A stretch of 64,000 nt of DNA from Bispira polyomma (Eukaryota), in NCBI GenBank assembly GCA_965649765.1, contig OZ287756.1, positions 682,001 to 746,000 of the forward strand, written 5' to 3'. The position numbers were made by a program, and so were the translations under genes. The notes under the pieces are model-generated. The model was given only the letters and a program-made list of their open reading frames with translations, had not been told where the DNA came from and searched no databases. Positions 11,391 through 25,309 of this stretch are shown here, piece after piece (positions within the stretch are counted from its first letter, which is position 1; each line of letters opens with the position of its first letter).

Positions 11391-12108
11391 GCCGCCTGTG
11401 TTCTATGTCATCTGGCTAAAGTATAATTTGTGAGAGGTTACACTAAAGAGCTATAAACACATAGCTCAGCACAGGATGTCCTTGGTGTTTGCGGTTAAGA
11501 TATCTACCCTGCTCAGGGTTTTCTCAAGTGTCCAAATACAAGATTAACTTAATTAAAATCTAGGATATGAAAGCAGATTTTGCAAACTAAAGTACTCCTT
11601 ATATCAATTCTTTAAAACACACATTTTTCACCAGCAAGACAGGCACACCTCAAAGTGATTAAATGTTAAACATTTTGAATGATAGAGGGTTGGAAATAGG
11701 AGGATGTGTCAATCAAATGTAAAAGAGAGTTGTGACAGAGATTATGTAGTGGTTTGTGGAGAGTCTAGGTTTGTACAAAAATCCAGGGGAATAAGTCACA
11801 ATAAACACTATATTCCACAACTAAGTCAGGAGGTGTCTTTATTTTACAGAGGTTACAATGTGTACTTGTAGGAAGTCTAGTTATATGAATTTGCACAAGA
11901 ATAGTTATTTGCAATTCTGAAAATTGACCCTGTACTGATTTTCTCCACAAGAAAAAAACAGCTTGATGTTACAAAACATGTGTGTGGAAAGTTACAACTA
12001 CAAAGACAGACAAATAGGGTCAACAAAAAAGTACCCCACAAAAAAAACCCACAATAAAATTACACCTCCAATAAATTTGATAAAGCAAACTTTGGATATA
12101 TAGGTTGG

Positions 12109-13901
12109 ACTAAAAGGGCAGTCCATATTTAAGAAATTTCAGTTTTAAGTGGGCTGATACTGGACCCTGCCATGAGGTAGAACTCACTAAGTGCCAATAT
12201 CCCAAACAAAATCACCATAGTTGAAAGCATTGAGGCCCCAAGATTGTAGACTAGTATTTCCTGATAACCTTTTACATGTTAAAAACCCTGATGTGGGGCC
12301 AGACTAAACACCCAATTAATATGCACAGGTTCATTTGGGGGTTAAGTGTTTCTTGGTATGTCCAGGGTTTGTGGCCCATTCCATGTAATGGTCTCTGCAC
12401 AATTAGCACAAAACGACAGTGATATATCTTGACTGTATTGCAATAGCATTGCAAACTAGGAACATAGTCTGTCCATGTAAAAAGCAAATATCTGTCTAGG
12501 ATGGGGGGGCACCCCGAGTATATTGTGAACATAAATAGTAAAATGGGGCTGGGGTTGAGGGGTCCTAGATTCTCCCGGATCTGCCAATGAACTTGAATTT
12601 AGTTGTGTTTGCTTCACTTTCAACTGCTAAGGTTTTATCATGATTGGCTGATTTAATTGGTTGTTGGAGGAAAACAGTTCTGAAGCAATGTAACCCAATG
12701 ATATATGACATTTAGCTGACAATCTTTCAAACATGAAGTAACAAAATATGTTGCTCCTTTGTTGGGTTACTGAAATAGTCTGCCTTGAATCTTGCATAAT
12801 TGCAAACAATTTTTAAATGTTAATAAGACCCCTGCAGTCTTTGTTGATTGTGTATATGTTTGTCTGAACGAGAGGGTTTTTGTTTGGTCTGTGTATTATC
12901 ATTGCTTTGTGTTGTGCTCATCCTCTCAAATCACAGACAACAATTACCATTTTTTCCAGGTAGAAAACGCCAAATACCCCTATGTCTTTTTTTGAGGACA
13001 TTAATAATGTCAATGTACTTCGACTGCCTAAGGTCATGTGTAAAGGGTTACTTTGGCACTCTATAATGTCTGTGATTTAAATTTAAAACAAGCTCATTGT
13101 GTGTGTAGGTCTGTGGAATAATTCCTATAATTGGAACATTGTGGTAAGCCATTGGGGTCCTTTGACGTCATCCTGTCTTCTAGAAGGACATGAAGGTAAC
13201 CATCTCCTTGATTGGGAAATGTTCAGATGTCATGATCTCCAGCAGTGGATGGAGATATAAGTAGCTTTTTTTAAGTAGTAGGAGGGTTTATTGTTTAGAG
13301 AAAACAATAACAGGTATTCTCAGAAATACATGAGGACTAAAAGAGGACAGGTTATTTGAGGTTAATAAGAAAGTTTGAGTAGCTTCCTGGGGTAATCTCA
13401 GTGTGAATTTTTTGGTGGAGTGGCGGTTGAATGGCGTGTGAGTCTGACTAACCTATTATATGATAGACCATATTACAGTGGAATTTAAGATTTAGTTGGT
13501 CCTCATTTCACAACGGTTGGATTTAATGTGAATAAAACCTGTGCTGAAGCACACTGTAAGCCACCGAGCTAAGGCAAGTACCTAAAAAAGTTTCCCTCAT
13601 GAAGGTACAAACACAATACAGACTCACATTGGGGAGAGGCCACAGAACGTATCCCCATATCTTAGGTGTATTTATTTTTTTCACATTCAGTTCATATCAG
13701 TGTAAAACCTCTATATAACGGTCCAACCAAATATATTCACTAATCAGAGGTACCTTACAATTAACACAAATATCAAAACTGAACCAGAAAGAAGTGTTCA
13801 CTATATTGAGGTGTTCACTATAGCAATGGTGTCAACTCTGTCAGGATATGTGACCTCATCACACTGCCTTGGATGTTGTTATATTTAGACAATATGGCTG
13901 A
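12109..13901 (+). repeat. 1793-bp direct duplication, copy 2 (X2)
   Basis: Matches 8440-10232. Confidence 0.97.
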
Positions 13902-13959
13902 GATAGACAAGCCATTCGACTATCCCACATGTGGTATAATATAACAGTAATATATCTGC

Positions 13960-14125
13960 AACTGTGTCACAGTTGGTAATGCCTTCACCTAGAATGCAGA
14001 GAACCTAGGGTTCAATCCTATACACATAGTGGTTTGAATAATCCGTTAAATTGCTTGTCCTCTATAATTAGAATACATCATCCATGGCAGGCTAAAGAAC
14101 CTTTGGTGTTGGTAAACAGTGTCAT
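13960..14125 (+). mobile_element. tRNA-derived SINE remnant
   Basis: A-box-like CAGTTGGTAA and B-box-like GGTTCAATCC at tRNA-like spacing; no complete cloverleaf. Confidence 0.5.
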
Positions 14126-14319
14126 ACTCAAGCCTCAGCCACAATTTTAAAAATCTGGTAATAGCATTACCTTAGCAATACTACAATAGTTGGTCTAACT
14201 GTCTCTTAGGTGTGAATAATTTTATACCTGACTTTTATTCATTGCTATCAATAATCTACCCATTGTGACATTGTATGCAGTTATTCTATAATATAAACTA
14301 ACTAATTAAAATAGATTCC

Positions 14320-14439
14320 TATAAATCATCGTTATGTTCCCCTCTGTATGTTAAATTGCCATTCTACCCAGCAAAATTGGGTATAAATCATCGTTATGTT
14401 CCCCTCTGTATGTTAAATTGCCATTCTACCTAGCAAAAT
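14320..14439 (+). repeat. 62-bp tandem duplication
   Basis: TATAAATCATCGTTATGTTCCCC...AGCAAAAT occurs twice. Confidence 0.95.
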
Positions 14440-15636
14440 AGTGCAAGGATTGGGAAATACCACCCTCTTTATTATACCAGTTTAATCAAGGAATTATAGT
14501 GAGACAAAATGCCTTTCTTACTCTAAATGAATACAACATGAAACTGTGGATAAATGGATGTAGATCAAAGGATTCTGAGTGTAGCTGAATTTAGTATGAT
14601 GGATAATGCAGGATGAATTATATGTAAAATCCACATTTTGTGATGACATCTTATTAGCTCACACACAGGACAATAGTTGTGGACAGACCAAATTAAAGGT
14701 ATATATCGGGGTGTTTTAGTCAGCCCACAATTAGATAATGACTTTGTTGTTTTATGCTGACCACATACACTACTAGTTAATTAATTAGTTTGTGCTACCT
14801 CAGGGTACAATGTAAACATAAATACTAATTACCTCTGAAATTAACAAGGCCAGAATTCATGTTATTGGCACAAGCTGGTCGAGTGAAATGCTGTACTGAA
14901 TGACCTGAAATAGTTGTAAAAACCCATCGTATTGAAATTTTCTGTTCATTGATACACCAATGACCTCACAAATACTTATGATTTACATACAGAATCTATG
15001 GTAGTTTATCCTGGTTGTCAGATAATAATTTCTGTAATAAACAATAACTCCTCACAACTCATGTACCACTATTGCTACCGGAACAATTGCTTAAAGATAA
15101 AAACTGAAGAGAAAACAGCAAGCTTTAAACTCATTGTGTTTCCAGAATGCCATATAAGATGACACCACCTAAAGAACAGTCTCTGTAGACGATTGCTAAC
15201 CAATAGTACTTCACTTTTAATAAAGTCATGAAATTCATCTTGAAAATAATAGACATTTGTTAAAGAACATCATACTAGACATACTAAAGACAATAACAGA
15301 GAGCTTTAAAAATCAAACTCAACCATTCTTAAGTCATGCTTTCACAGCAGATGTATCCTAGTGGTACGGGGTTTCCTTTAATGTTCTGACATGTCAAAAA
15401 GGCTTGTCAGCCACCTAATGGGAAGTATAAGTATCGGTGCTTTCTTCACTGACAAATCTCCATTGTGTCTAAAACTACCACTCATTGTATACAAGCAGAC
15501 AGACGTTCTCCTCTGTCTGAACAGCACCTCGTGTCCAACAAAGCATCTCACCTCCAAGATGACAGGACAGCAGATGAGACATCACATCTCATTTAAAAAA
15601 AATGGCATCTCAAACTCGCCAAATCTCTGCATTTGT

Positions 15637-15866
15637 TGAATTTAATGTTACTTTATAATAATAATTTAAAAATAAAATAATTTTACATTGTAAGTTAATC
15701 CTATTGGTGATTTGTTATCTATACAGCAAATTGTACAGCTATAAACCTCTACCAGACTTTTAACATGTCTTAATATAATATATATAATACAAATGTAATT
15801 GATTCTATTTTGTTTTAGCATTGGGTTTCTGTTACCTGTACACTACAAGTTTTGTTATACACATAC
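15637..15866 (+). repeat. 230-bp direct repeat Y2
   Basis: Matches 10230-10459. Confidence 0.95.
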
Positions 15867-16515
15867 ATGTACTTTGTAACAGATTTGTACCTCTTATTTA
15901 TCTTGGCTGATGAAAAGAAATACTTGTTATATAGAAATAAATTCTGTGAATAGAATAACCTGTTTCCCAGGTGGAAAGTCGGTGGTGTAATCCCTTCTGT
16001 TTGTGATTGAAAATCTGAAACTGTTCTTGCAGTAAGTGTATAGAGTAATGTTACGACTGCATTTTTGCCAAGCTAAAATACTGCTGGTATACTGCCAAAC
16101 ATCAACACACAAAGTGCCTATAATTAGTCTGATCTTACTATTTGATTTCATGGTCCCTTATCGATATTGTGTGGCATTAACAAACATATTACCAGAGTGG
16201 TTGATTATTGTTGCTTGTTAGTTTACATGGGAAAAGCAGCAATAAATATAGTGGTTGTAAATCATATACAATAGTCCGAAGTTTTGTGTGTGTACAATTA
16301 CATTTAACTCTATAACCATAATTAAGGAAAGGTACAAATTAATAAATCAGAGTGCTTGTTGCTAGTGCTGATGAAATAAAATGTAATACTTGTTGATATA
16401 TGGTTGAAACATATCTTACAGTGACGGAATTCAGTATAAATAGGTGACAGTCACATGAATAAGTAACTGCTGATGATTTAATTTTTGTCCAAAACTTTAG
16501 ATATTGGCATTATTA

Positions 16516-16594
16516 TTGATTCTGCTGCTGCGCTTGAGAAGTTGCCTAGCATCAATAAAGCACGTTAAAAAATCATAATAATAATAATAATAAT
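16516..16594 (+). mobile_element. Very short 3' end of an L2/CR1-group LINE with (TAA)n tail
   Basis: TTGATTCTG..GCGC..CCTAGCATCAATAA matches the 3' UTR end of the adjacent minus-strand LINE. Confidence 0.7.
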
Positions 16595-16759
16595 TATTTT
16601 CTTGTTATGTCCAGAAGTTGTTTGCAAAATTGCACCAAATGTTTCACGTTTTTTGTTTGTAATCCTTTTCCTAGGTGTGTAAATTAGTTGAACAGAATCA
16701 GATTTCTGGCAGAATTTTATTCTTAGCTTTTGAAAAAGGTTGAAGTTGGTTAAATTCTT

Positions 16760-18130
16760 TTGCATTGTATTGTATTTTACATTTTTAATGCGCCTTATTG
16801 ATGCTAGGGATCTTCTGAGGCGCAACATCAGAATCAATCAGCCAATAAAAAATGACAAAAACATAGCCAGGTTGTAAGGATAGATGCGTCAGTGCCCAGG
16901 AAGAGGACTACGTCGGATGGGCTAGCCTAAAGAGATAAATTTTAAGCCTTTTGCTAAAACCAGAAAGCGTATCAAGCAGTCTAAGTTCAACTGGAAGACT
17001 ATTCCATATTATAGGGGCGGCTACCGAGAAGGCTCTAGATCCAACCCTCTTAGTGGGTTTATTAGAGGAAACAGAGAGTCTTTTGCCCCTTTTAAGGCTG
17101 CTGAAGGAGAGCTTAGTAGCGAGGTAGTGAGGCTGTTGAGAGACAACAGCTTTAAAATCAGTTTTGTCAGGGTTTAGTTTCAGTTTGGAGTAGTTCATCC
17201 ACGCCTGAACTGAGGAGAGACAGTCGGCAAGTAAATCCAGGTTGTATCCGGCATTCTGAGTGTTAAGGGAGAGATAGATTTGAGTGTCATCAGCATATAT
17301 GTGATGTTTAACATTGTGATTATTGATGACTGCACTGAGAGGATGGGAGTAGAGAGTAAACAGTAAAGAGCCGAGAACCAACCCCTGGGGTACTCTAAAT
17401 GGTAGGTTAAAAGAGGATGGAAAGTGGTAGCCAAATTTGATTTTTTGGGTTCTATGAGCAAGGTACGATTTGATCCAATCAAGGACAGTACCATTAAGAC
17501 CAAACCACTGCTTTAGGTTGTCAAAGAGTAAGCGATGGTCGATGGTATCAAAAACTGCGAAGAGATTGAGAAGAGTGAGGGCTACAGTTTCATTATAATC
17601 CAAGGCAAGGTTAATGTCATCACTGATTAAAAAGAGAGCACTTTCCGTGTAGTAAAATTTTCTATAGGCAGATTGGTGGCAGTTTGCTAGATTTTGTTTA
17701 TTAAGGTGGTTATGAATTTCTTCAGCAACAGCTTTCTCAAAAAGTTTATATACAAAGCTGACGTTAGAGACTGGTCTATAGTTTTTTAGTCCATTTTTTA
17801 AGGCCTGGTTTTTTTCAGTAGGGGGCGACATATGCAGTTTTGAAACAGGAGGGAAATATACCATCTCTAAGCGAAAAATTTATGATATTGGTGATAGGAG
17901 TTATGAGAATGTCTAGACATTCTGTGAGAACAGCAACAGGGATAGGATCTAGTTCACAGGGTTTGATGTCATTAGTTTTTATGAGTTTGAGAACATTGTT
18001 TTCGGAAAGTGGGTTAAAATGTAGCAGATTTGAGACTTTATAGCTAGGGGATGGTGGAGAGAACTGTAGCATTGTTGAAAAACCTTCTCAAATTTTAGTT
18101 ATTTTTTCAATGAAAATTTTTCCAATTTTC
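16760..18130 (-). mobile_element. L2/CR1-group LINE, 5'-truncated, internally deleted
   Basis: CELDPIP, NYRPVSN, QSAYRK, FDTIDH, VPQGLVLG, YADDTQIY, LKLNPDKT, RAFSVAAPIIWNSLP; 3' UTR with (TACAA)n tail. Confidence 0.93.
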
Positions 18131-20184
18131 TGCAAGAAATGTGAGGCAATGTTTAACCAGAAAATTTAAACCTCAAGTTTTCAATAAAGCCTAGTCGAGT
18201 TGCCTTGTATCAAATATGAACTGGAGAATGAATTCAAGTAAAACAGTTCTCACGGCTTTGTGTGAAATTGTATTATGATGACACATAAATCAAATCTAAC
18301 TTCATTGTTAGATTTAAGGAAGCAAACTAATAACTTCCCTGTCCATAGGGTAATCGACCTAGAGATGACAGCTGATCCTGATCGATCCAGTACCTGATTA
18401 CACCTTCAGGGATAGACTACCATTCTTTATAGGAGAGGGAGGAATGTAATGAAACTTCATATCGGCAATCTCTACAAACTCTCGTGCTTTATGAGATCTC
18501 AATGAAATATCCCTCTTCACGATCAGGAGTAGCGAGAGTTAGCAAAAGAGAGAGTTGTGAAAGGAGAACATTGCGAGACATTGAACAACACACATCTACT
18601 TGTGGAGCAAAGTCAGACCTAAATTCACTTCAACCCATAAGTATGTATGTATGAACAATTGCATATTTGTATATGTGTTATAAACTTTAGCTAATTCTTA
18701 ATCTTTAAATATCACCAAAAGAGCTTTTTATATGTCCCCTCATAAGTTTAAGAAAGTACTTGATGTGAATAGATACAAACTATGAAACCATGTTGATGAG
18801 GAGATTGTAAATGTAAAGACTAATAATGATTTGATACATATGTGAGATGTAAATCAGAGTAATTCTATGAATAAATATGTTTGTATTTTTTTTCTCTTTT
18901 TTGTTTGTTTATTCTTTACTTTATTTTGTTTTATAAATAGTAAGATGAAGATTGCTTCGCCAGTTTACGTTTTACTGACACAGTTGGGCTTTTTATTTTG
19001 GTTCTTAATGTAATTTAAGCAAGGGCACATCACCCTATATTTACGATTAAATTATTACAAAGTATATAACACACAAATATATATAACAGTGGACTACTGA
19101 TATATGTATTCAGCGATAAAACAACAATATACCATATTTGGAATTTAGACTATTAGCTGATTCACAGAGAACAAACCAAATTAGCTCACTACTGATGAGC
19201 AACAATTTTGTTTAATTAAAACTATTGTATATTGCTCTAATGAAAGATCTGCATGTACAATGTGAGTTACAGACACACACTAATGTGGTTAGTTTGTAGT
19301 AAGTCATGTTACCCTTACCTTCTCATTGCTACCATTAACATGATTGCAGGGTCAAGTTTTTAGAATTTGTAGACTTTTTAATTTTGTTTAGAACTTGTAG
19401 ACTTTTTAATTTTTATTTTTTTGTCTTTCAGCTGCAATCACATCATTTTACTTTCCAAAAAAAGGTAAAAAATATAAAGATAACTGTAAAGGTTGTGTGA
19501 GAAGAACGTTTCATTAACATGAGGGTTGCAACAGCTGACATACAACAGTCTATATATTTCTACCCAAACGAATATCATCGCAAAACCTAAACATTTAACA
19601 TAAAATCTAAATCCTGCTTTAAATAACATTGAGACTTAACCCTAAAATGGCTAAACATCCCAGTTGCTGTTTAGTTATTTTCCCCTTCTGAATCAACTTA
19701 TGCACTAAACATGTTCATTCCCAAGTTAGGTGTCGCCGAAGGTATTTTTTCTTGTACGTAAACTGAATGTGGGCAGAGTTGATGTGTTAGTCAGGACCAA
19801 AGGACAACTTTAATCCCACACCATCCCACCGGTACACAGATATTAGTAAAGCTATCTATTTCACAGATTCTGATTGTAGTGTGTCAACAACCATCCTCTC
19901 ATCTATTATGTAATGAGGGTCTCAAGTGAGTGAGTCAGTCAGAAAAAACTCTCCATCAGTTGATGTCAAGTGTCAATGAACCTTGTCAAGAATTATTCTA
20001 AAACAGAAAAACTTGTGTTTAACACAAATAGCGTTTCTGTTTTCATTCCATAACCTTCTTGCCCATTGTGGCTGGGATGAGTAAGTAGTTAGTAGCGCCT
20101 GCTCCAGAATTGCTGGCATTTAAACAATATGCATTCAAAACCCATTCATTCCTTCATGTACTTCAGGTACTTGCAGTAGGTCAA

Positions 20185-20280
20185 TGCTTTACGGTGTTTC
20201 ATCACTGGTTTTCTTCCACCATTAAATCAGGCTGTCATGATATTACCTGAGCTGTTCAAAGAGACTTAGAAACCCAGCTA
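20185..20280 (+). mobile_element. V-SINE-like core/tail remnant
   Basis: GGTTTTCTTCCACCATTAAATCAGGCTGTCATGATAT...GCTGTTCAAAG..TTAGAAACCC resembles invertebrate V-domain SINE 3' halves (recognised from memory, not searched). Confidence 0.45.
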
Positions 20281-21581
20281 TAATATTTTAAATGAAATCA
20301 TTTCCTGGATGTAATGATAAATTAGAAAGATACTCAGTTGAGCTGATACCTCTCCCAAGGTTACACAGTGCCCATATCAGTCAAATAAGAACGTGTATTT
20401 CTTTAGTCTTTCTTGGTCGCTACCTCTTCCAAATTAATGGAATGTGTTCAGTTGTTTGTTAGTGTAATCCTGTTGATAAACAAATAATAGAACCAATGGA
20501 TACAGGCAAAAACTTAATGTTTGTGGAGAAGGCGACTAAAAATACTCTTCTTATATATATCATAATATTGTGTGTCAGCAAAAGAGAATAATATATGAAA
20601 TCATTAATCTTATCAACCCGAGATTATGCGCATTAAACGAAAGTGTAAGTATTTTATTCATATTCTAAAATAGTGAAAGTTAGATTTTATCAAATAACAG
20701 ACACTTTCCATCTGAAATGTATTATAACACGGTTCCATGTCATGGACATTTCATCATACATACATGACAACTAATTTTGCAAAACAAAACACATTTAAAA
20801 TACACCAAAAAATGTCGATTATAAGATTATAAGAGTTTATTGAAAATTAGGTAAGAAGTTTTATTTTATGGCGATACTTTTTGTTGCATCAAAATATTTG
20901 AGAAAAGGCCAAGATATTTTAGTTTAAATAGGAGTAGAGTGTATTGCACAAAGATAGAACAGCCACACTTTATCTACAGTGTTTATACATTTTTACATTG
21001 GCAAAAGACGTGTTTAAAAGCATTGAGCAGCTTACCATTTGAATATTGATTTTATTATTTTCTGAATACATTTTTTGTTACATTTGAATTAAGTTTTGTA
21101 TCCAATAAATCTCACAGCATTGTTTCATTACTCTTCTCAGACTTCACAAGAGACAGAAAGTGGGTAGTCATGTTGTTCTATTTGTAACAAATAAAAAGGA
21201 AAAATAACATAAAATAAACAGAAGGCAAACCTCATTTCCCCAAACAAATCTCTTCATATCAAGCAGAGAGTCTCAACAAGTGTTTGGTGATAAGAACAGC
21301 AATAACAAATGTTGGCACTAATGAGGTGGATATTTTTATTTGATGTTTGAAATCAAAGATTTGTAACCAGAGCAGAAAAATCGAATCTACATTTAACCAA
21401 AAACTGATGTAATTCTTGTTACAGTTAAGTTTTTTATTGTAAGGCAGTGGTTTGGATCAGATGTAGACAGTGTCAAGTTGTCAAGTTTCTTATTGCCATC
21501 ATTTTTATGTAAGAAGTGCATGTTTCATCCTTGATAATTTGGACTAAGTCCCTCCTCTGAACATAAATATTGCCCTGGGAG

Positions 21582-21744
21582 GAGTCCATATACGATCATT
21601 GACAGACACATTGAGGTCCAATTACGATCATTGACCGACACATTGAGGTCCAATTACGATCATTGACAGACACATTGAGGTCCATATACGATCATTGACA
21701 GACACATTGAGGTCCATATACGATCATTGACAGACACATTGAGG
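21582..21744 (+). repeat. 32-bp minisatellite, 5 copies
   Basis: Unit GAGGTCCATATACGATCATTGACAGACACATT. Confidence 0.97.
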
Positions 21745-23652
21745 GCAGGTATTCACAAAGATTCTTAAATTTTTGTCCCAACCCATTTCATTGCCTTAAA
21801 ATATTGTTTCTATGAATCATATTGGCTGAGACTGAGAAAGTTCTAAGAATGTTTGTTAATATAATCCCTAATTAAACTATTATCCAGTAAAATGAAATAC
21901 AAGCTTGTGGGGATATTACAAACAGAAGTTTTGTATTGATATAATAAACATATTATGTATAAATGGTTCCACACCAATAACTACACCCAGAGGCCAAGGA
22001 AGGTCCTAGTATTCTAACCGGAGCAATTGCTGTTCATTGCAAGCAATTTAACACTAATGCATTATGCATGGAACCATTATGTAGAGAGCAGTGATATACT
22101 GCCGATAGGAAAGGTGAAAACCATGAAATGCAGACGAAAGGACATTATATGAGGTCAGTTTGACATGACAGATTTAGACATCAGCTCAGTAAAGGACAGC
22201 TGATAGTCAGTGACGGGGGATATTATAAGTACAACTACTATTTGATGATCTAATGGTAGATTTGAAATATAACTGGTTGGAGAAAAAATTATATTGCTTG
22301 ATTGTAATTTATCAAACTAAATAAATCGAGCATAACCAGTTCGAGCCAAGTCTCTGCTGGAAGTCATCTGTTGGTAAAATACAAGCAATGTAAATATTTG
22401 AAGGATGTTTGGTTATAAGTAATAAATAAGCGATTTATTTTCCTTACTGACCGTAATTCTCTAGGCTATTGAAATGTGCAACAAAAACGACAGAAATGGT
22501 GTGATTGTGCTAACTAATAACTAGATTGATTAGCAAGCACAATCGATATTGTTTAAATGTATAACTTAATAAGTACCGGCTGTTATATATTTTTAGAAAA
22601 CATTAACTCCAGTCCATTGACCCTGCACACTTTTTGTGGGGGCCAAAATGCCCATATACCCAGGGTGTGTCCAGTAAGTTGACAGATTACAGCCATTCAA
22701 GAATCAATGTAGTTTTAATTAATCACTATCTATGTCAATAAATAGAGTCACATCTTAAATATTTATAATTCTGTACCATGTATAAGGTTTAGTTGGCCCA
22801 CAAAACATCCATTGCACTCCTTGTGATTGTCTATTGTAAGATCTTTCTATAAGAGTAATTGTGTTTTAGAAACATTGGCAACCATAGCTATGTTAGTAGT
22901 TGAATATATTAGTATTTTATTGTATAAACCAAATTAATGCTAATTCTCCACATATTTCAGGGCAGTCAACAAATATATTAAATGTCACCATTTGACTAAT
23001 TTGCTGCCCTTCGCCTTTGTCTCAGTTTCCATGTTCCCTGCCAAGTCTCAATTGTACCACAACAACTATAGCAACACTCGTCAGCAATAGCCAAAGTTAA
23101 TGACATAAACCTTACTGACCCTAGCAACTTGCTCATAAATCCGACCTGGACCTTGAACAGAAGATGGTCAGGTTACTTGATTGCTTAGGACGATTCTGGT
23201 TTATCTCACAACATTGATATGAAGGACAAATATTGTGTTGTAGAACTGGGTGTCTACTATGATTCTCATATATTGGATACATTAGTCCATTACATTCAGA
23301 CGTCACTGTTTTTAGCAAAAGGTGCTAATAAAACATTCATACTGTTCATTCATCAATTAATAACGTTATGAATGGATTTATTTAAATACAAAATATGGAA
23401 ATTATTCTCTATAGTAACCACACTAAGAGTTTTACATAGTAACACAACTCACTCTAATCAAATGTAATAAAATTGGGTAAAAACCGGTTAAAGAAAAAAT
23501 CACAAAATCCCTAGCCTCTGACGAGACCTTTAATAGATAAACATATGTGCAAATAAAATATACATATGTTGAGTGAGATCACTTGAATTTTCACAGACAT
23601 TATTTTTTTTATTTGTTCTGAGAACACATTACCATGTCAAAGATTGGGCTCA

Positions 23653-24768
23653 CAGTCATTTACCTCACAGCCATACAGTCATTCTATATAACTACGCCAG
23701 ACGTTAATACACCTTCAACAATATGACAGTCATTTACCTCACAGCCATACAGTCACTCTATATAACTTCACCAGACGTTAATACACCTTCAACAATATGA
23801 CAGTCATTTATCTCACAGCCATACAGCCACTCTATATAACTACACCAGGCGTCAGTACACCTTTAACAATATGACAGTCATTTACCTCACAGCCATAGAG
23901 TCACTCTATATAACTACACCAGGCGTCAGTACACCTTCAACAATATGACAGTCATTTACCTCACAGCCATACAGCCACTCTATATAACTACACCAAGCGT
24001 CAGTACACCTTTAACAATATGACAGTCATTTATCTCACAGCCATACAGTCACTCTATATAACTACACCAAGCGTCAGTACACCTTTAACAATAAGACTGT
24101 CATTTACCTCACAGCCATACAGCCACTCTTTTTAACTACACCAGGCGTCAGTACACCTTCGACAATATGACAGTTATTTACCTCACAGCCATACAGTCAC
24201 TCTATATAACTACACCAAGCGTCAGTACACCTTTAACAATATGACAGTCATTTACCTCACAGCCATACAGTCACTCTATTTCACTACACCAGACGTTAAT
24301 ACACCTTCAACAATATGACAGTCATTTACCTCACAGCCATACAGCCACTCTATATAACTACACCAGGCGTCAGTACACCTTCAACAATATGACAGTCATT
24401 TACCTCACAGCCATACAGTCACTCTATTTCACTACACCAGACGTTAATACACCTTCAACAATATGACAGTCATTTACCTCACAGCCATACAGCCACTCTA
24501 TACAATTACACCAGGCGTCAGTACACCTTCAACAATATGACAGTCATTTAGCTCACAGCCATACAGTCACTCTATTTCACTACACCAGACGTTAATACAC
24601 CTTCAACAATATGACAGTCATTTACCTCACAGCCATACAGTCACTCTATATAACTACACCAGGCGTCAGTACAGCTTTAACAATATGACAGTCATTTACC
24701 TCACAGCCATACAGTCACTCTATATAACTACACCAGGCGTCAGTACACCTTTAACAATATGACAGTCA
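23653..24768 (+). repeat. 74-bp minisatellite, ~15 copies
   Basis: Unit ACAGTCATTTACCTCACAGCCATACAGTCACTCTATATAACTACACCAGGCGTCAGTACACCTTCAACAATATG. Confidence 0.97.
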
Positions 24769-25309
24769 GGCCTTAAGGACAAAAAACTGAAACGGAACAA
24801 ACACAAGACTAAAATTCGCCAACAGAAGAGAACACAGATTAAAAAAGCCATACTTGGTTTTGTTAGTAATGTGTAATCTTATCGATATTTACAAGCCCTT
24901 GTGCCTTGCAATAACTATCAATAAATAGTTTTATTTAGCATCCAGGATTTTTCACTTTTTCACTCATGAAGAAGAACAGTGAAACCTGTTAGACGTCAGG
25001 GGATCCAGCCCAAAACCAAACTGACTTGATCCCATTGATTTGAGGAAGAGACATTTACCCTGGTATCCTACCAAAGGGGGAAATCCATTGATAGTCACAT
25101 AAGCCATACATTTATTTATATATGAGATATAAATAACCTTGAAAATACTAAAATCAAAAGGAACAAACATTGTACTTTGATTCACAGCAAAGTGCAGGTT
25201 TATCAGAATTACAGTAAACCCACATATTTATATTTCAAAAGCTGACAAAGGGGTAGTACTGAACATAGCAGACTACATCAGAGAAGGCTTCAGACAACTC
25301 AGTGACACT

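Noticed and set aside
8440-13901. X1-internal-X2 as an LTR retroelement
   Set aside because: No TG...CA ends, TSD, PBS or PPT; part of the internal region (Y) is repeated downstream.
13960-14020. Functional tRNA gene
   Set aside because: A/B boxes only; acceptor and anticodon stems do not form.
14850-15636. Degenerate LINE/Penelope coding remnant
   Set aside because: No diagnostic motif could be read with confidence.
21582-24768. Regular repeats as a CRISPR array
   Set aside because: Head-to-tail units without unique spacers; eukaryotic context; no cas genes.
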